Below are positions 39,981-50,100 of a stretch of 64,000 bases of DNA, piece after piece. The position numbers and the translations under genes are program-made. The notes beneath the pieces are model-generated. The model had not been told where the DNA came from and did not search any database. It was given only the letters and a program-made list of their open reading frames with translations. Position 1 is the stretch's first letter; each line of letters starts with the position of its first letter. Source of the stretch: Bacteroidia bacterium Ga0077558 (GTDB lineage Bacteria > Bacteroidota > Bacteroidia > Chitinophagales > Chitinophagaceae); NCBI GenBank assembly GCA_001464625.1, contig LNFJ01000094.1, forward strand, positions 22,215 to 86,214. Direction: 5' to 3'.

Positions 39981-41204
39981 ATGCCAGCACAATTATCCAT
40001 CGAGCAATTAATACAAGCAGCAAAAGAATTTGGAACACCTTTGTATGTCTATCATGCGGAAAAAATAAAAGAACAGTATCAAAAACTGACGGACGGATTT
40101 TCTATTCTCGACACTAAGTTTTTCTATGCCAGCAAGGCGTTGACAAACATCAGCATTCTCCGCTATATAAAGGAGATCGAGTGTAATGTGGATTGCAGTT
40201 CTATCAATGAAGTAAAACTGGCGATACATGCAGGTTTTGAACCACAATGTATTTTATATACTTCCAATGGAATTGCTTTTAGCGAAATTGAAGAAGCCGT
40301 AAAAGCGGGGGTTCATATAAATATCGACAGTCTTTCCAATTTAGAAAAATTTGGAAAAAAATATGGGCATAGTTATCCTGTTGGTATAAGAATCCGACCT
40401 AATATTATGGCAGGCGGCAACCTTAAAATTTCTACCGGTCATGAAGGAAGTAAATTTGGAATACCTGTTGAACAATTAAATAAGATCGAAGAAATAGTAA
40501 AGGAAAATAAAATTTTCATCCGCACTTTACACATACATACCGGAAGCGATATAAAAGATGCGGATGTATTTGTAAAAGGAATAGAAGTATTGTTTGAATT
40601 GATCCCGCATTTTCCGGAATTGGAAGTGATTGACCTCGGTGGTGGATTTAAAGTGCCGTATATACCCGGCGAAAAGGGAACTGATATAAACTTACTGGCA
40701 CAAAAAATTAAAGAGACTTTCGATAATCATCCAATAGCTGGCGGAAAAAAATTTCAATTGTGGTTTGAGCCGGGGAAGTTTTTAGTAAGTGAATGTGGTT
40801 ATTTACTGACAGAGGTTACTGTAATGAAAGAAACGGCAGCTGCAACTTTTGCAGCTGTTGACAGCGGTCTTAATCATTTAATACGTCCGATGATGTATGA
40901 TGCGTATCATCACATCAATAATATTTCTAACCCTGCGGGAAAATTAAAATCATATACAGTAACCGGTAATATTTGCGAAACAGACACCTTCGCTGCTAAT
41001 AGAGAAATTAATGAAATAAGAGAGGGAGATTATCTTGCTTTTCTTAACGCAGGTGCTTATGGTTTTGAAATGGCATCCAATTATAATTCAAGATTTAAAC
41101 CGGCAGAAGTATTGGTGAGAGATGGTAAAGTCCGTCTTATTCGTAAAAGAGATGAGATGAATGATTTGTTGAAAAATCAGATTGAAGGAAACATTACCAA
41201 CTAA
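39981..41204 (+). CDS. lysA: diaminopimelate decarboxylase
   Basis: The start is placed at MPAQLSIEQLIQAAKEFGTPLYVY (ATG 39981). YASKAL (PLP Lys), HIHTGS, GGGF and EPGKFLV are typical fold-III decarboxylase motifs. Confidence 0.88.
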   Translation: MPAQLSIEQLIQAAKEFGTPLYVYHAEKIKEQYQKLTDGFSILDTKFFYASKALTNISILRYIKEIECNVDCSSINEVKLAIHAGFEPQCILYTSNGIAFSEIEEAVKAGVHINIDSLSNLEKFGKKYGHSYPVGIRIRPNIMAGGNLKISTGHEGSKFGIPVEQLNKIEEIVKENKIFIRTLHIHTGSDIKDADVFVKGIEVLFELIPHFPELEVIDLGGGFKVPYIPGEKGTDINLLAQKIKETFDNHPIAGGKKFQLWFEPGKFLVSECGYLLTEVTVMKETAAATFAAVDSGLNHLIRPMMYDAYHHINNISNPAGKLKSYTVTGNICETDTFAANREINEIREGDYLAFLNAGAYGFEMASNYNSRFKPAEVLVRDGKVRLIRKRDEMNDLLKNQIEGNITN

Positions 41205-41225
41205 CTTTTGCACATACATAATGTT

Positions 41226-41262
41226 GAATAGAATTCATGCAGTACAAATGTGCACCTCCAAT
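41226..41262 (+). repeat. short intergenic repeat, copy 3
   Basis: gaatagaattcatgcagtacaaatGTGCACctcc is nearly identical to the left half of copy 6787-6850, with the same 24-nt spacing. Confidence 0.5.
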
Positions 41263-41357
41263 TATTCGCTATCGCTCAACTCGGGGCAAACATTAGGAAA
41301 GACGATACCTGTCCCGACACATTCGAGAGTCGCAATAAGCTTATTAAATAATTTGTA

Positions 41358-42233
41358 TTAATTAATTACTGGCTTTACTGTAATCGTTACCGTCGTTTTT
41401 GAAGTGACAGGCAACGTTCCAAATGATGCTTCAGTATTGCCATTTGATTCGGTCGTCATTGTTTTTTCCTTCATTATGCCTGTCAATCGGTCAATGATAA
41501 TTTTACCAGTTGATTTATTATTCATGGTAGTGGTTGTTTCACTGCCCATCATTTCTGCTTTACTAACGGTGAGGGAGCTGGTTGCAAAATCAACAACAAT
41601 AGTGGAGTCATTAATGTCACTTATTGTGAACGCCTCATCAAACTTACCGTTTTGGTTAACATAGGAATTAGTCCATGGCTCACCTTTTCCTGTTTCCGTT
41701 TCGGGGAGTATTTTAAAGAAACTTGCTGCTCCTTTTTGTGGAGGCTGCACCAGGTCAGTTACATCTTTTAACATGGTAGTAATAATCGCCATGCGGCTAT
41801 CTGTTTCTGCCAGCTGAATTTTTTCAGGAATTGCCATCATCACTTTTCCAGTTGGATCAATAACTATATCATATTTTTTATCCAGTAAATCTTTTACGGG
41901 TTTGCCAAACTGGCCATTCAGATCTTTCTCATCCTTAGAGTCTACTTTTCTTTTTTGTCCCATGCCATCAAATGAAAAGCTTATTTGATCAATTAGATGT
42001 TTAAGGGTAGTGTTGTCAGCCGTAGAATTAGTTACTGTAAAAGAGTGATTTGCATTAGCATCTACTTTAAAGTCGATTGCCTGACCCATTGCCTGCTGGG
42101 AAATAGTGGTATTGGTCTTCATTTCAATTTGAAAAACCTGTCCTTGTTCAAATTTTAAACTACTTGCTACTTTTTGACCAACTGCTGCGTCTGCAAATGC
42201 GAGAAATGTAAATGCAATAATGAGGGATTTCAT
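41358..42233 (-). CDS. hypothetical secreted protein
   Basis: 291 aa with signal peptide MKSLIIAFTFLAFADAAVGQ. It is Thr/Ser-rich and beta-rich. No confident family assignment. Confidence 0.55.
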   Translation of the reverse strand: MKSLIIAFTFLAFADAAVGQKVASSLKFEQGQVFQIEMKTNTTISQQAMGQAIDFKVDANANHSFTVTNSTADNTTLKHLIDQISFSFDGMGQKRKVDSKDEKDLNGQFGKPVKDLLDKKYDIVIDPTGKVMMAIPEKIQLAETDSRMAIITTMLKDVTDLVQPPQKGAASFFKILPETETGKGEPWTNSYVNQNGKFDEAFTISDINDSTIVVDFATSSLTVSKAEMMGSETTTTMNNKSTGKIIIDRLTGIMKEKTMTTESNGNTEASFGTLPVTSKTTVTITVKPVIN

Positions 42234-42403
42234 ACTGATTTTTAAGTTATGCTCAAAGTTGACGATTCCCTGCCATAATCGTTGCAGAAAGTGGAAAAAT
42301 ATTAATTGTATCAGTTTTTATTACTGCTTTTTATTCCTTTTAACTTACTATTTTTAATTACGTTTTAACCTTCCTGTCGGCTGACAGGCTAAAATTTTTT
42401 ACT

Positions 42404-43990
42404 ATGCCAATAAGAATGACTGATGACCCCGTAGATCCTAATCAACAGAACGATGATGGCGGCGGAGGTGGTGGGAGACCAAATTTTCCGGGTGGCGGCG
42501 GCGGTGGCGGCCTGATGTCGTTGCTGCCAATGTTATTGGGATTATTTAAAGGAAAAGGAATTTTCGTATTACTTATTCTCGGTGTTGGTGCTTATTTCTT
42601 GCTAGGTAAAAGTGGTGGATGTAATGTAGCTGATGTGGTGAAGCAATTCTCGCAAAGCGGTTACAATTTCAACCCGGCAGAGTTTAATAAAGCATCTGTG
42701 TATGAAGGGTTGGAAGATGATGCAGGAAAAAACCCATTACCGGAGGCTGTATCATTATTGAAATATGCTCCTGATCGTGGAAACCAGGGTCAGCAGGGGA
42801 GTTGCGTAGCCTGGAGTTGTGCATATAGTGCGCAAACAATTTTAACAGCTGCTGCAACAGGGCAAGATCCTAATCAAATTGTTTTCAGTCCTTCTTATTT
42901 ATATAATCAGATTCGGTTGGAAGGTTGCCAGGGCTCTTATATTCAACGAGCAATGGAAAGTATGAGCCGCAATGGCGGTGTTCCACTTAGTCAATATCCT
43001 TACAATGATCAGGATTGTGAAAGAATGCCAGGAGAATCCGCTAAGCAAGTGGGCAGACAAAACTTAATTCATGGATTTACCCGAATAACCAATGGGGATA
43101 ATATCAATGAAATAAGTGTAAGAGGTATAAAAGAGCACTTAAATAAGAATGCACCGGTTGCAATTGGTATGATGGTGGGGCAAAGCTTTATGCAGGATAT
43201 GATAGGCAAAGAATTATGGACACCACAAGGTATGGATGGATCACAAATGGGAATGGGTGGACATGCCATGACCGTTATTGGATATGACGATAGAAAATTT
43301 GGCGGTGCATTTCAGATAATGAATAGCTGGGGACCAGAGTGGGGTAAAGATGGAGTTGGTTGGGTCCGCTACGGCGATTTTAAAACGTATGTACGAGAAG
43401 CTTATGGCATCGATCCATTGCCAAAGAGAAGTGAAGTAGCGAACATTCCGCTGGAGTGTACAATCGGTTTAGTAAATAATGAGGGAGGAAAAAATATTCC
43501 ATTGAGAGTTGCTGGTGTAAATATTTTTCAAACAGTTTCACCAATCAAGATTGGTACCCGTTTTAAAATGTCGATCAATAATGTAACGGAATGTTATATC
43601 TATGTTTTTGGAAGAGATACTAACAATACGAGTTTTGTTTTATTCCCTTATTTGAAGCAGGGAGAAACTGTTTCTAAACACTCACCGTATTGTGGTATTA
43701 CTGGTTACCGTCTTTTTCCGAAAGCACAGTCATTTGAAGCGGATAATATCGGCAACAGCGATCAGATAGCAATTGTAGTAAGTAAAGATGAACTGGATTA
43801 TAATGCATTGAATGCTGCGATAAGCAATAGTCGTCAAGGCGATTATCTGGGTAAAGTGAACGAAGCATTGCAAAGTATTATGATCCGTTCTGCCAGATTT
43901 AGTAATACAAATGACGGAACTATTTATTTTAAAGTAGATGCTAATAGTAATAAGGCGGTAGCTTGTGTGGTAGCTATTGATAAGCAATAG
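42404..43990 (+). CDS. membrane-anchored papain-like (C1 family) cysteine peptidase with DUF4384-like C-terminal domain
   Basis: The N-terminus has poly-Gly tracts followed by a TM helix (LMSLLPMLLGLF...VLLILGVGAYFLL). Papain-type motifs are QGSCVAWS (Cys codon 42803-42805), GGHAMTVIGYDD and NSWGPEWG. The C-terminal CYIYVFGRDTNNTSFVLFPY segment (from ~43568) resembles DUF4384. Confidence 0.8.
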   Translation: MPIRMTDDPVDPNQQNDDGGGGGGRPNFPGGGGGGGLMSLLPMLLGLFKGKGIFVLLILGVGAYFLLGKSGGCNVADVVKQFSQSGYNFNPAEFNKASVYEGLEDDAGKNPLPEAVSLLKYAPDRGNQGQQGSCVAWSCAYSAQTILTAAATGQDPNQIVFSPSYLYNQIRLEGCQGSYIQRAMESMSRNGGVPLSQYPYNDQDCERMPGESAKQVGRQNLIHGFTRITNGDNINEISVRGIKEHLNKNAPVAIGMMVGQSFMQDMIGKELWTPQGMDGSQMGMGGHAMTVIGYDDRKFGGAFQIMNSWGPEWGKDGVGWVRYGDFKTYVREAYGIDPLPKRSEVANIPLECTIGLVNNEGGKNIPLRVAGVNIFQTVSPIKIGTRFKMSINNVTECYIYVFGRDTNNTSFVLFPYLKQGETVSKHSPYCGITGYRLFPKAQSFEADNIGNSDQIAIVVSKDELDYNALNAAISNSRQGDYLGKVNEALQSIMIRSARFSNTNDGTIYFKVDANSNKAVACVVAIDKQ

Positions 43991-44012
43991 AATTGACACT
44001 ATAAATAAGAAA

Positions 44013-44510
44013 ATGAGAAAATATATTATAGCAGTAGCAGGTTTGTTTTTGTGTTCCGTTTCCTTTTCTCAGGATATGACAAAATTCAAACTCTATAATC
44101 CTGAAGCCAATGCCAAAAAGGATATTGAAGCAACAGCAAAAGAAGCAAAGGGTGCCGGGAAACATGTAATGATTCAAATTGGTGGTAACTGGTGTGTATG
44201 GTGTGCAAGATTCAATGATTTCGTAACGAAAGATGCATCGCTTGATTCCTTAGCGAAAGCCAACTATGTGGCCTATCATCTTAATTATAGCAAAGAAAAT
44301 AAGAATCTTGAATTATTGTCGAAGTACGATTTTCCGCAACGCTTTGGCTTTCCTGTTTTTTTAGTGTTGAATGAAAAGGGTGATCTGTTACATACACAAA
44401 CCTCCTGGTATCTGGAAGCAGGAAAAGGATATGATAAAGAAAAAGTAACGGCATTCTTTAATGACTGGAGTAAGAAAGCATTTGACCCTGCACAATACAA
44501 AGAAGAATAA
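44013..44510 (+). CDS. thioredoxin-fold protein (secreted)
   Basis: The start is placed at MRKYIIAVAGLFLCSVSFSQ. It has a CxxC motif GGNWCVWCARF in a thioredoxin-like context. Confidence 0.75.
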   Translation: MRKYIIAVAGLFLCSVSFSQDMTKFKLYNPEANAKKDIEATAKEAKGAGKHVMIQIGGNWCVWCARFNDFVTKDASLDSLAKANYVAYHLNYSKENKNLELLSKYDFPQRFGFPVFLVLNEKGDLLHTQTSWYLEAGKGYDKEKVTAFFNDWSKKAFDPAQYKEE

Positions 44511-45002
44511 ATGAATCCTAACACACCAGTTTTTATCAAAATATTAAAACATCCGTTTAAGTTCAGGATGTTTTTATTTTCCAAACTACCGGCTGCCTAT
44601 TTTGCAGGAGTAAGAGTACGGGAGGCGGACGAGCAACGATGTGTGGTGACCGTTCCATACAAATGGCTGTCACAAAATCCTTTTCGCTCCACCTATTTTG
44701 CTTGCTTAAGTATGGCAGCTGAAATGAGTACAGGTGCATTAGCAATGGCGCATTTGTATAAAATTAATCCACCGGTATCAATGCTGGTAGTAAAAGTGGA
44801 ATCCGAATATTTTAAAAAGGCAACTGGCAGAACAAGCTTTGTATGTGAGGATGGCGGACTTTTTGACAAGGCAATAGAAGAAACAATCGCAACTGGTGAA
44901 GCAAGAACAGTAAAAGCAAAATCAATCGGAAAAAATAAAGACGGTGAAGTAGTAGCAGAATTCTACATTACATGGTCGTTAAAAGTAAAATCAAAAAAAT
45001 GA
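44511..45002 (+). CDS. hotdog-fold / DUF4442-like protein
   Basis: 163 aa. The ATG directly follows the upstream stop codon. The sequence pattern resembles DUF4442 (PaaI-type thioesterase-like); this is from memory, not a search. Confidence 0.55.
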   Translation: MNPNTPVFIKILKHPFKFRMFLFSKLPAAYFAGVRVREADEQRCVVTVPYKWLSQNPFRSTYFACLSMAAEMSTGALAMAHLYKINPPVSMLVVKVESEYFKKATGRTSFVCEDGGLFDKAIEETIATGEARTVKAKSIGKNKDGEVVAEFYITWSLKVKSKK

Positions 45003-46402
45003 AAATAGCATTTCACGGAGCAGCAAGAACGGTGACAGGTTCAAAGCATTTGCTAACATTAAAGAACGGAAAGAAAGTTTTGTTAGACTGTGGTATGTTC
45101 CAGGGATTGGGGCAAGAAACAGATGAACTGAACAGAGACTTTGGTTTTGATGCAGCTGATGTAGATGTTATGATACTTTCACATGCACATATAGATCATA
45201 GCGGACTTATTCCCCGGCTGGTTCAATTTGGATTTAGAGGAAGAATATTTTGTACACCTGCTACTAAAGATCTTACGACCGTACTCTTAGAGGATTCTGC
45301 TGAAATTCAGGAGGGTGAAATTAAGTACAGTAATAAGCGCAGAAAAGCAGAAGGGTTACCTTTATTGCAACCACTATATACAATAGAAGATGCAAGACGG
45401 GCGGCTGACCGGTTTGATGTACAACATTATGGTAAGTGGTTTACAGCTATAGAAGGAGTGGAGGTGATGTTTACTGATGCGGGTCATATTATTGGAAGTG
45501 CCTGTGTGCATTTAAAGGTAACCGAGAATGGTAAACAAACCAGAATAACTTTTAGTGGTGATATTGGAAGATACAGAGATGCTATTTTAAAATCACCAGA
45601 TACTTTTCCGCAAGCTGATTATATTTTAATCGAGTCAACTTATGGTAATAGTTTGCATGATACACATGTAACTACACCGGATATGGTGCTTGCATGGATT
45701 GAGAAAGCTTGCTTGCAGAAAAAAGGAAAACTTATAATGCCGGCATTCAGTGTAGGCCGCACACAAGAATTATTATATGCCTTAAACCAACTTGAATTAG
45801 AAAACAGGTTGCCCGATCTTGATTATTATGTTGATAGTCCGTTAAGTATTGAGGCAACAACTATAATTAAAAATTACCCGGAATATTTTAATCGTACTAT
45901 TCAAAAAATAATGAAGACCGACAACGATCCTTTTGGATTCAAAGGTCTTCGTTATGTACAAACTGTCGATCAATCCAAGCAACTCAATTTTCAAGATGGT
46001 CCGTTTGTTATCATCTCAGCAAGTGGAATGGCAGATGGTGGCAGGGTAAAACATCATATCAGTAATAATGTGGAGAATAGTCGAAATACAATTTTATTTA
46101 CCGGCTATTGTGAGCCTCGTTCTTTGGGAGGTAAATTATTAGCTGGAGATAAAGAAGTAGGTATATATGGTGTAAAGCATGAAGTGCATGCGGAGATCGG
46201 TTCTATTCGCAGCATGAGTGCCCATGGCGATTATGAAGATATGAGCCAGTGGCTGGCTTGCCAGGATGCCAAACAAGTAAAAAAGATTTTCCTGGTGCAC
46301 GGCGAGTTTGAAGTGCAACAAGATTTCAAGAAAAAACTTGTTAAAAAAGGATTTCTTGAAGTTGAAATTCCTTCTCAACATTATGAAATAGGCCTTACTT
46401 AA
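44999..46402 (+). CDS. MBL-fold metallo-hydrolase of the beta-CASP (RNA-metabolising) type
   Basis: The start ATG at 44999 overlaps the upstream stop (ATGA). It has the HxHxDH motif SHAHIDHSG, and its length and C-terminal SAHGD motif are typical of beta-CASP nucleases. Confidence 0.8.
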   Translation: MKIAFHGAARTVTGSKHLLTLKNGKKVLLDCGMFQGLGQETDELNRDFGFDAADVDVMILSHAHIDHSGLIPRLVQFGFRGRIFCTPATKDLTTVLLEDSAEIQEGEIKYSNKRRKAEGLPLLQPLYTIEDARRAADRFDVQHYGKWFTAIEGVEVMFTDAGHIIGSACVHLKVTENGKQTRITFSGDIGRYRDAILKSPDTFPQADYILIESTYGNSLHDTHVTTPDMVLAWIEKACLQKKGKLIMPAFSVGRTQELLYALNQLELENRLPDLDYYVDSPLSIEATTIIKNYPEYFNRTIQKIMKTDNDPFGFKGLRYVQTVDQSKQLNFQDGPFVIISASGMADGGRVKHHISNNVENSRNTILFTGYCEPRSLGGKLLAGDKEVGIYGVKHEVHAEIGSIRSMSAHGDYEDMSQWLACQDAKQVKKIFLVHGEFEVQQDFKKKLVKKGFLEVEIPSQHYEIGLT

Positions 46403-46552
46403 CCATTTTTGGGTATTAATTTCCGCAATGCTGGTATATTCTTTCTTCTTCAATAATAGCGAGGAATACTTTCACATCTCCTTAATAAACTGCGCATAGT
46501 TTTTGTCGTTTATAGTGCAGGTTTATAATTCACATAAAAAAAAGGAGAAACT

Positions 46553-47131
46553 ATGAAAATGAACCTGAAACAATGGAGCGGATCATTAGCCATCGTCTTC
46601 TTGCTTGCAAGTTGCGGCACTACGGCTCACATTGAAAAAGACGACAATACAGATTTTTCACGTTACAAAACTTTTGCCTGGGTTGATAAAGATGAAAATG
46701 GCAAAAGAGGCGGCGACTTGTCAGAACAGAAAATGAGAGATGCCGTTAACAAAGAGTTAGAGAAAACAGCCGGATGGAGAGAAGTAAAAAATCGTCCGGA
46801 TGTATTACTGAGTTATGATGTGTTGGTAGAAAGAAGTGTTAGAGAGGATAACAATCCTGTTTACTCTAATCCTACTACAAGGGTTTTTTACAATCCCAGA
46901 ACCCGTCGTTATGTTAATGTGTATTATCCTTCACAATTTCTTGGTTATGATAGAGATCAGCGGGAAGTGAAAGAAGGAACAGTAACCATTTCTATGATTG
47001 ATGCTAAATCAGATAAAACGGTTTGGCAGGGATGGACGACGGATGAAGTAAAAAACAGAAATCTAACCAGTAAGGAAATTCAGAATAGCGTTAAAGCGAT
47101 TTTTAGAAAATTTGATATTGCTAAAAACTAA
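46553..47131 (+). CDS. DUF4136-like lipoprotein
   Basis: Lipobox LLASCG. The FSRYKTFAW and TVWQGW segments resemble DUF4136. Confidence 0.55.
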   Translation: MKMNLKQWSGSLAIVFLLASCGTTAHIEKDDNTDFSRYKTFAWVDKDENGKRGGDLSEQKMRDAVNKELEKTAGWREVKNRPDVLLSYDVLVERSVREDNNPVYSNPTTRVFYNPRTRRYVNVYYPSQFLGYDRDQREVKEGTVTISMIDAKSDKTVWQGWTTDEVKNRNLTSKEIQNSVKAIFRKFDIAKN

Positions 47132-47157
47132 TTTTCGGTACGGACGGTTTCGGACAA

Positions 47158-47187
47158 TGGCCCCTTCTCTGTTGAAGGGGCTTTTTA
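47158..47187 (+). terminator. Rho-independent terminator
   Basis: Stem ggccccttc / gaaggggc followed by ttttt. It also lies directly downstream of the convergent 1584-aa gene. Confidence 0.75.
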
Positions 47188-50100
47188 TTACCAAACAACC
47201 CAGTTAAATTCTATATTCTCTCTTCTTGAAACAGGTCGTTGTTTGCCTTTCGTTAATTCGCTAACCTTTTTACTAACATAGTTTTTTAACTCTGCTACAT
47301 CCACCCTTCTGTCAGCATTGCCACCATCCCTATCAGCCATCACTTCTTCTATTCCTTTTCGAATGCAATAAGTAAATACGCCATTGTTCCATTTTTCAGA
47401 TTCAAAAGCATATTCCATTCCACCGGCAGCAGAAATGACAATAGCACCATTACCTGCTGAAATATCTGCAAATAAATTTTGCATAACCTCATAAGAACTG
47501 TTAGCATCTACAGCTGCTTTTTTATCTTTTACAATAAGCCCTCTTGATGCAAATCCTGATACGGAGCCATTATCCGTAGCCGTATCTTTTATAGTCGTTA
47601 TCTTGTTTTGTTGCGCAAGCATCTCTTCCTTATCTAATGCACCGGAATGGCAAGCATCAATTAGCAATAATTTCTTTCTTGCAGGTATTCCATCCAGTAA
47701 GGCTTCCAGGTCTTCATACTTCAAACCTTTTTGAGTTGGCTTTTTAAAATCAATATCATACGTAGCATAATAAAAATCAAGACTATCGCTTAGTAAGCCA
47801 TGTCCATTTACGGAAATAATTACTTTGTCATTAACGGTCGTCTTCATTAATTTTTCCCGGAGAGCTAATATGTTTTCTTTAGTTGCACGACTATCAATCA
47901 ATGTATCTGCTTCAAAATTTGATTTAAATATTTTTCCGAAAGATGTAGCGAGGTCCCGAACATCTTTGGCCGCAAACCGAAGATTCATCGATGTGTCTTT
48001 ATAATTGGAAACAGCGATTCCAATAAAATAAGTTTTGGCAGGAGTGGGAGGTTTGTAGCTGCTGCTAATTTCTATTGTTTCTGTTAGGGAGATGGCACCT
48101 TTACTATTGGTGCAAAACACTTTCACTAGATTTTTATCTGTAGAAAGGGGCACTTTTACTTTCAGTGTAGTTCTATTTGCATTGCTTGAAATGACTTTTC
48201 CTGCTGTTCCAAAAACAGGGCTGTTATTTACCAAAACCTGTAGTGATTGCAGCGGATATTTTGCATCATAACATTCTATCTCCATTTCATACTCACTTAA
48301 TGATGTTGCGGGTTTTACTGTAAACCGATCTTTTAATCTAACAACGGGCAAATGAACATCATCACCTAATGAGCTTTCAGTAATATCCAGCTTCTTCAAT
48401 CTTTTTTTGTACGCAGCATAATAGGAAGTGATGAGGCTGCTATCTGCTCTGCCAAGTTGCTTCAATACTAGATCAGGCCTGTTAAAACGGGTATCAAACT
48501 GTTCAAAACCGTAACTGTTATTATTCAAATTGAACGTCACGGCATCTAAGGTATTTTTTGGAGCCAGGTAATTGCCTTTACTATCAGCGATCATAAAATC
48601 TTTGCCTCTGGGAGTAAAAATGGTTGCTATTTTATTGCCAGTAGCTAAATCATACATATTCACTTTACAATCAAAGCCACCGGTTGCTAAAGTTTTATTA
48701 TTATGGCTAATTGCCATCATCCCATTTTCATAGTCATGGTCGTACTTTTCGTAAAGCACTTTATCTGTTTTCGTATCGAGTGTAACAAACTTGTCGGCAA
48801 TTTGAACTACGAGATAGCGGTAGTCGTATGACATTACTGAGTTATAACAAAGCTTTTTGTCCTTATATACTTTTATTTTTTTCAATAATTTTAGCGTAGT
48901 CGCATCATATTTATATACTGCCCCATCTCCGCCAGGAACATAAATAAACTTTGGTGTTATTTCGAGTGTCAAAGCATCTTCTGTCATAATACTGTCCAGA
49001 ATATTTCCGTTTTTTACATCAATTATTACTATCCTGTTCAATATCTCTCTTGCAAAAAGTCTTTGCCGTATACTATCATACCTAAGTGCAGAATATCCTT
49101 TCAAAATTTTATTTTTACTTTTATTATAAACATGGCTAAATATTTTTTTATAAGTTGCCAGTTCAAACCCTGCAATCGTTCCGTTATCGCCTCCTAAAAA
49201 CACATATCGATTATCCGCTGACAATTCGAAATGGGTAAGCTTCTCCGTAGCATCGGGTAAGCTAACCTTGCCAACAAATTCTTTTTTTGTATAGTCGTAA
49301 AATTTAAGCGAAGGAAGCTCTGTATCTGTGTAAATCCCTATATTTTCATTATTAAGCAGTATATAATTATTTTGAAACGACAACGCACCGAAGTATAGGA
49401 ACGATGTGCTTCCATTTTTTAAATTCACTTTTGATACTCCGTCATGAACAATTGCCAGCTCATTGTCGTCTTTTGTAAATTGAATATTTAGCGGAAGAGT
49501 ATAATATGTTTTTATATCCTTATGGCTTAGAGAAGAATTAGATTCAAAATCCCAATTCGAAAAATTAAAAATGCGAATGGGGCCTCCATCAGCTAGTCGT
49601 CCCGCTAAGTAGTTGCCATCCGGGCTAAATTTAACATCAAAAAGTCCATAGCCATCAGCAGAGCTATATAGATAATTTCTTTCTTTTAAGGTTGCCAAGT
49701 TAATAATGCATAGACTATCGGCACCTAATGCTAGTGCAAGTGTTTTACTATCGGCACTAAATGAAGGTGTGGCATAAGTGCCCCAGGAGCCGTTGCTTTT
49801 TGCATGCGCTTTAATTCTAAAATATCTTTTTTTGTTTTCCAGGTCCCATACATTCACCAAGCTATCGGAAGTAAGACTGCACATATATTTTCCATTGTTG
49901 CTAACCCAAACACCTATTACCCTACTTCTTTCTTTGTACCGCCGGTCCCAGTCTCCTGTTTCTAAGTCCCATTTATATACCAAACTGTCAGATCCACATG
50001 AAAAAAGCACCGTACTATTTGCAGGCGAAAAGGCAAGCCCGGTTATGGAGGCATTGTGTACTTGCAGTAAAGTTTTTGCAATTGCACCAGTACTTATGTC

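Noticed and set aside
42373-42388. Hairpin cctgtc-ggct-gacagg followed by a T-run, considered as a terminator
   Set aside because: It lies between divergently transcribed gene starts, so there is nothing to terminate. It may be a 5'-UTR hairpin of the C1 peptidase gene, but the evidence is too thin to call.
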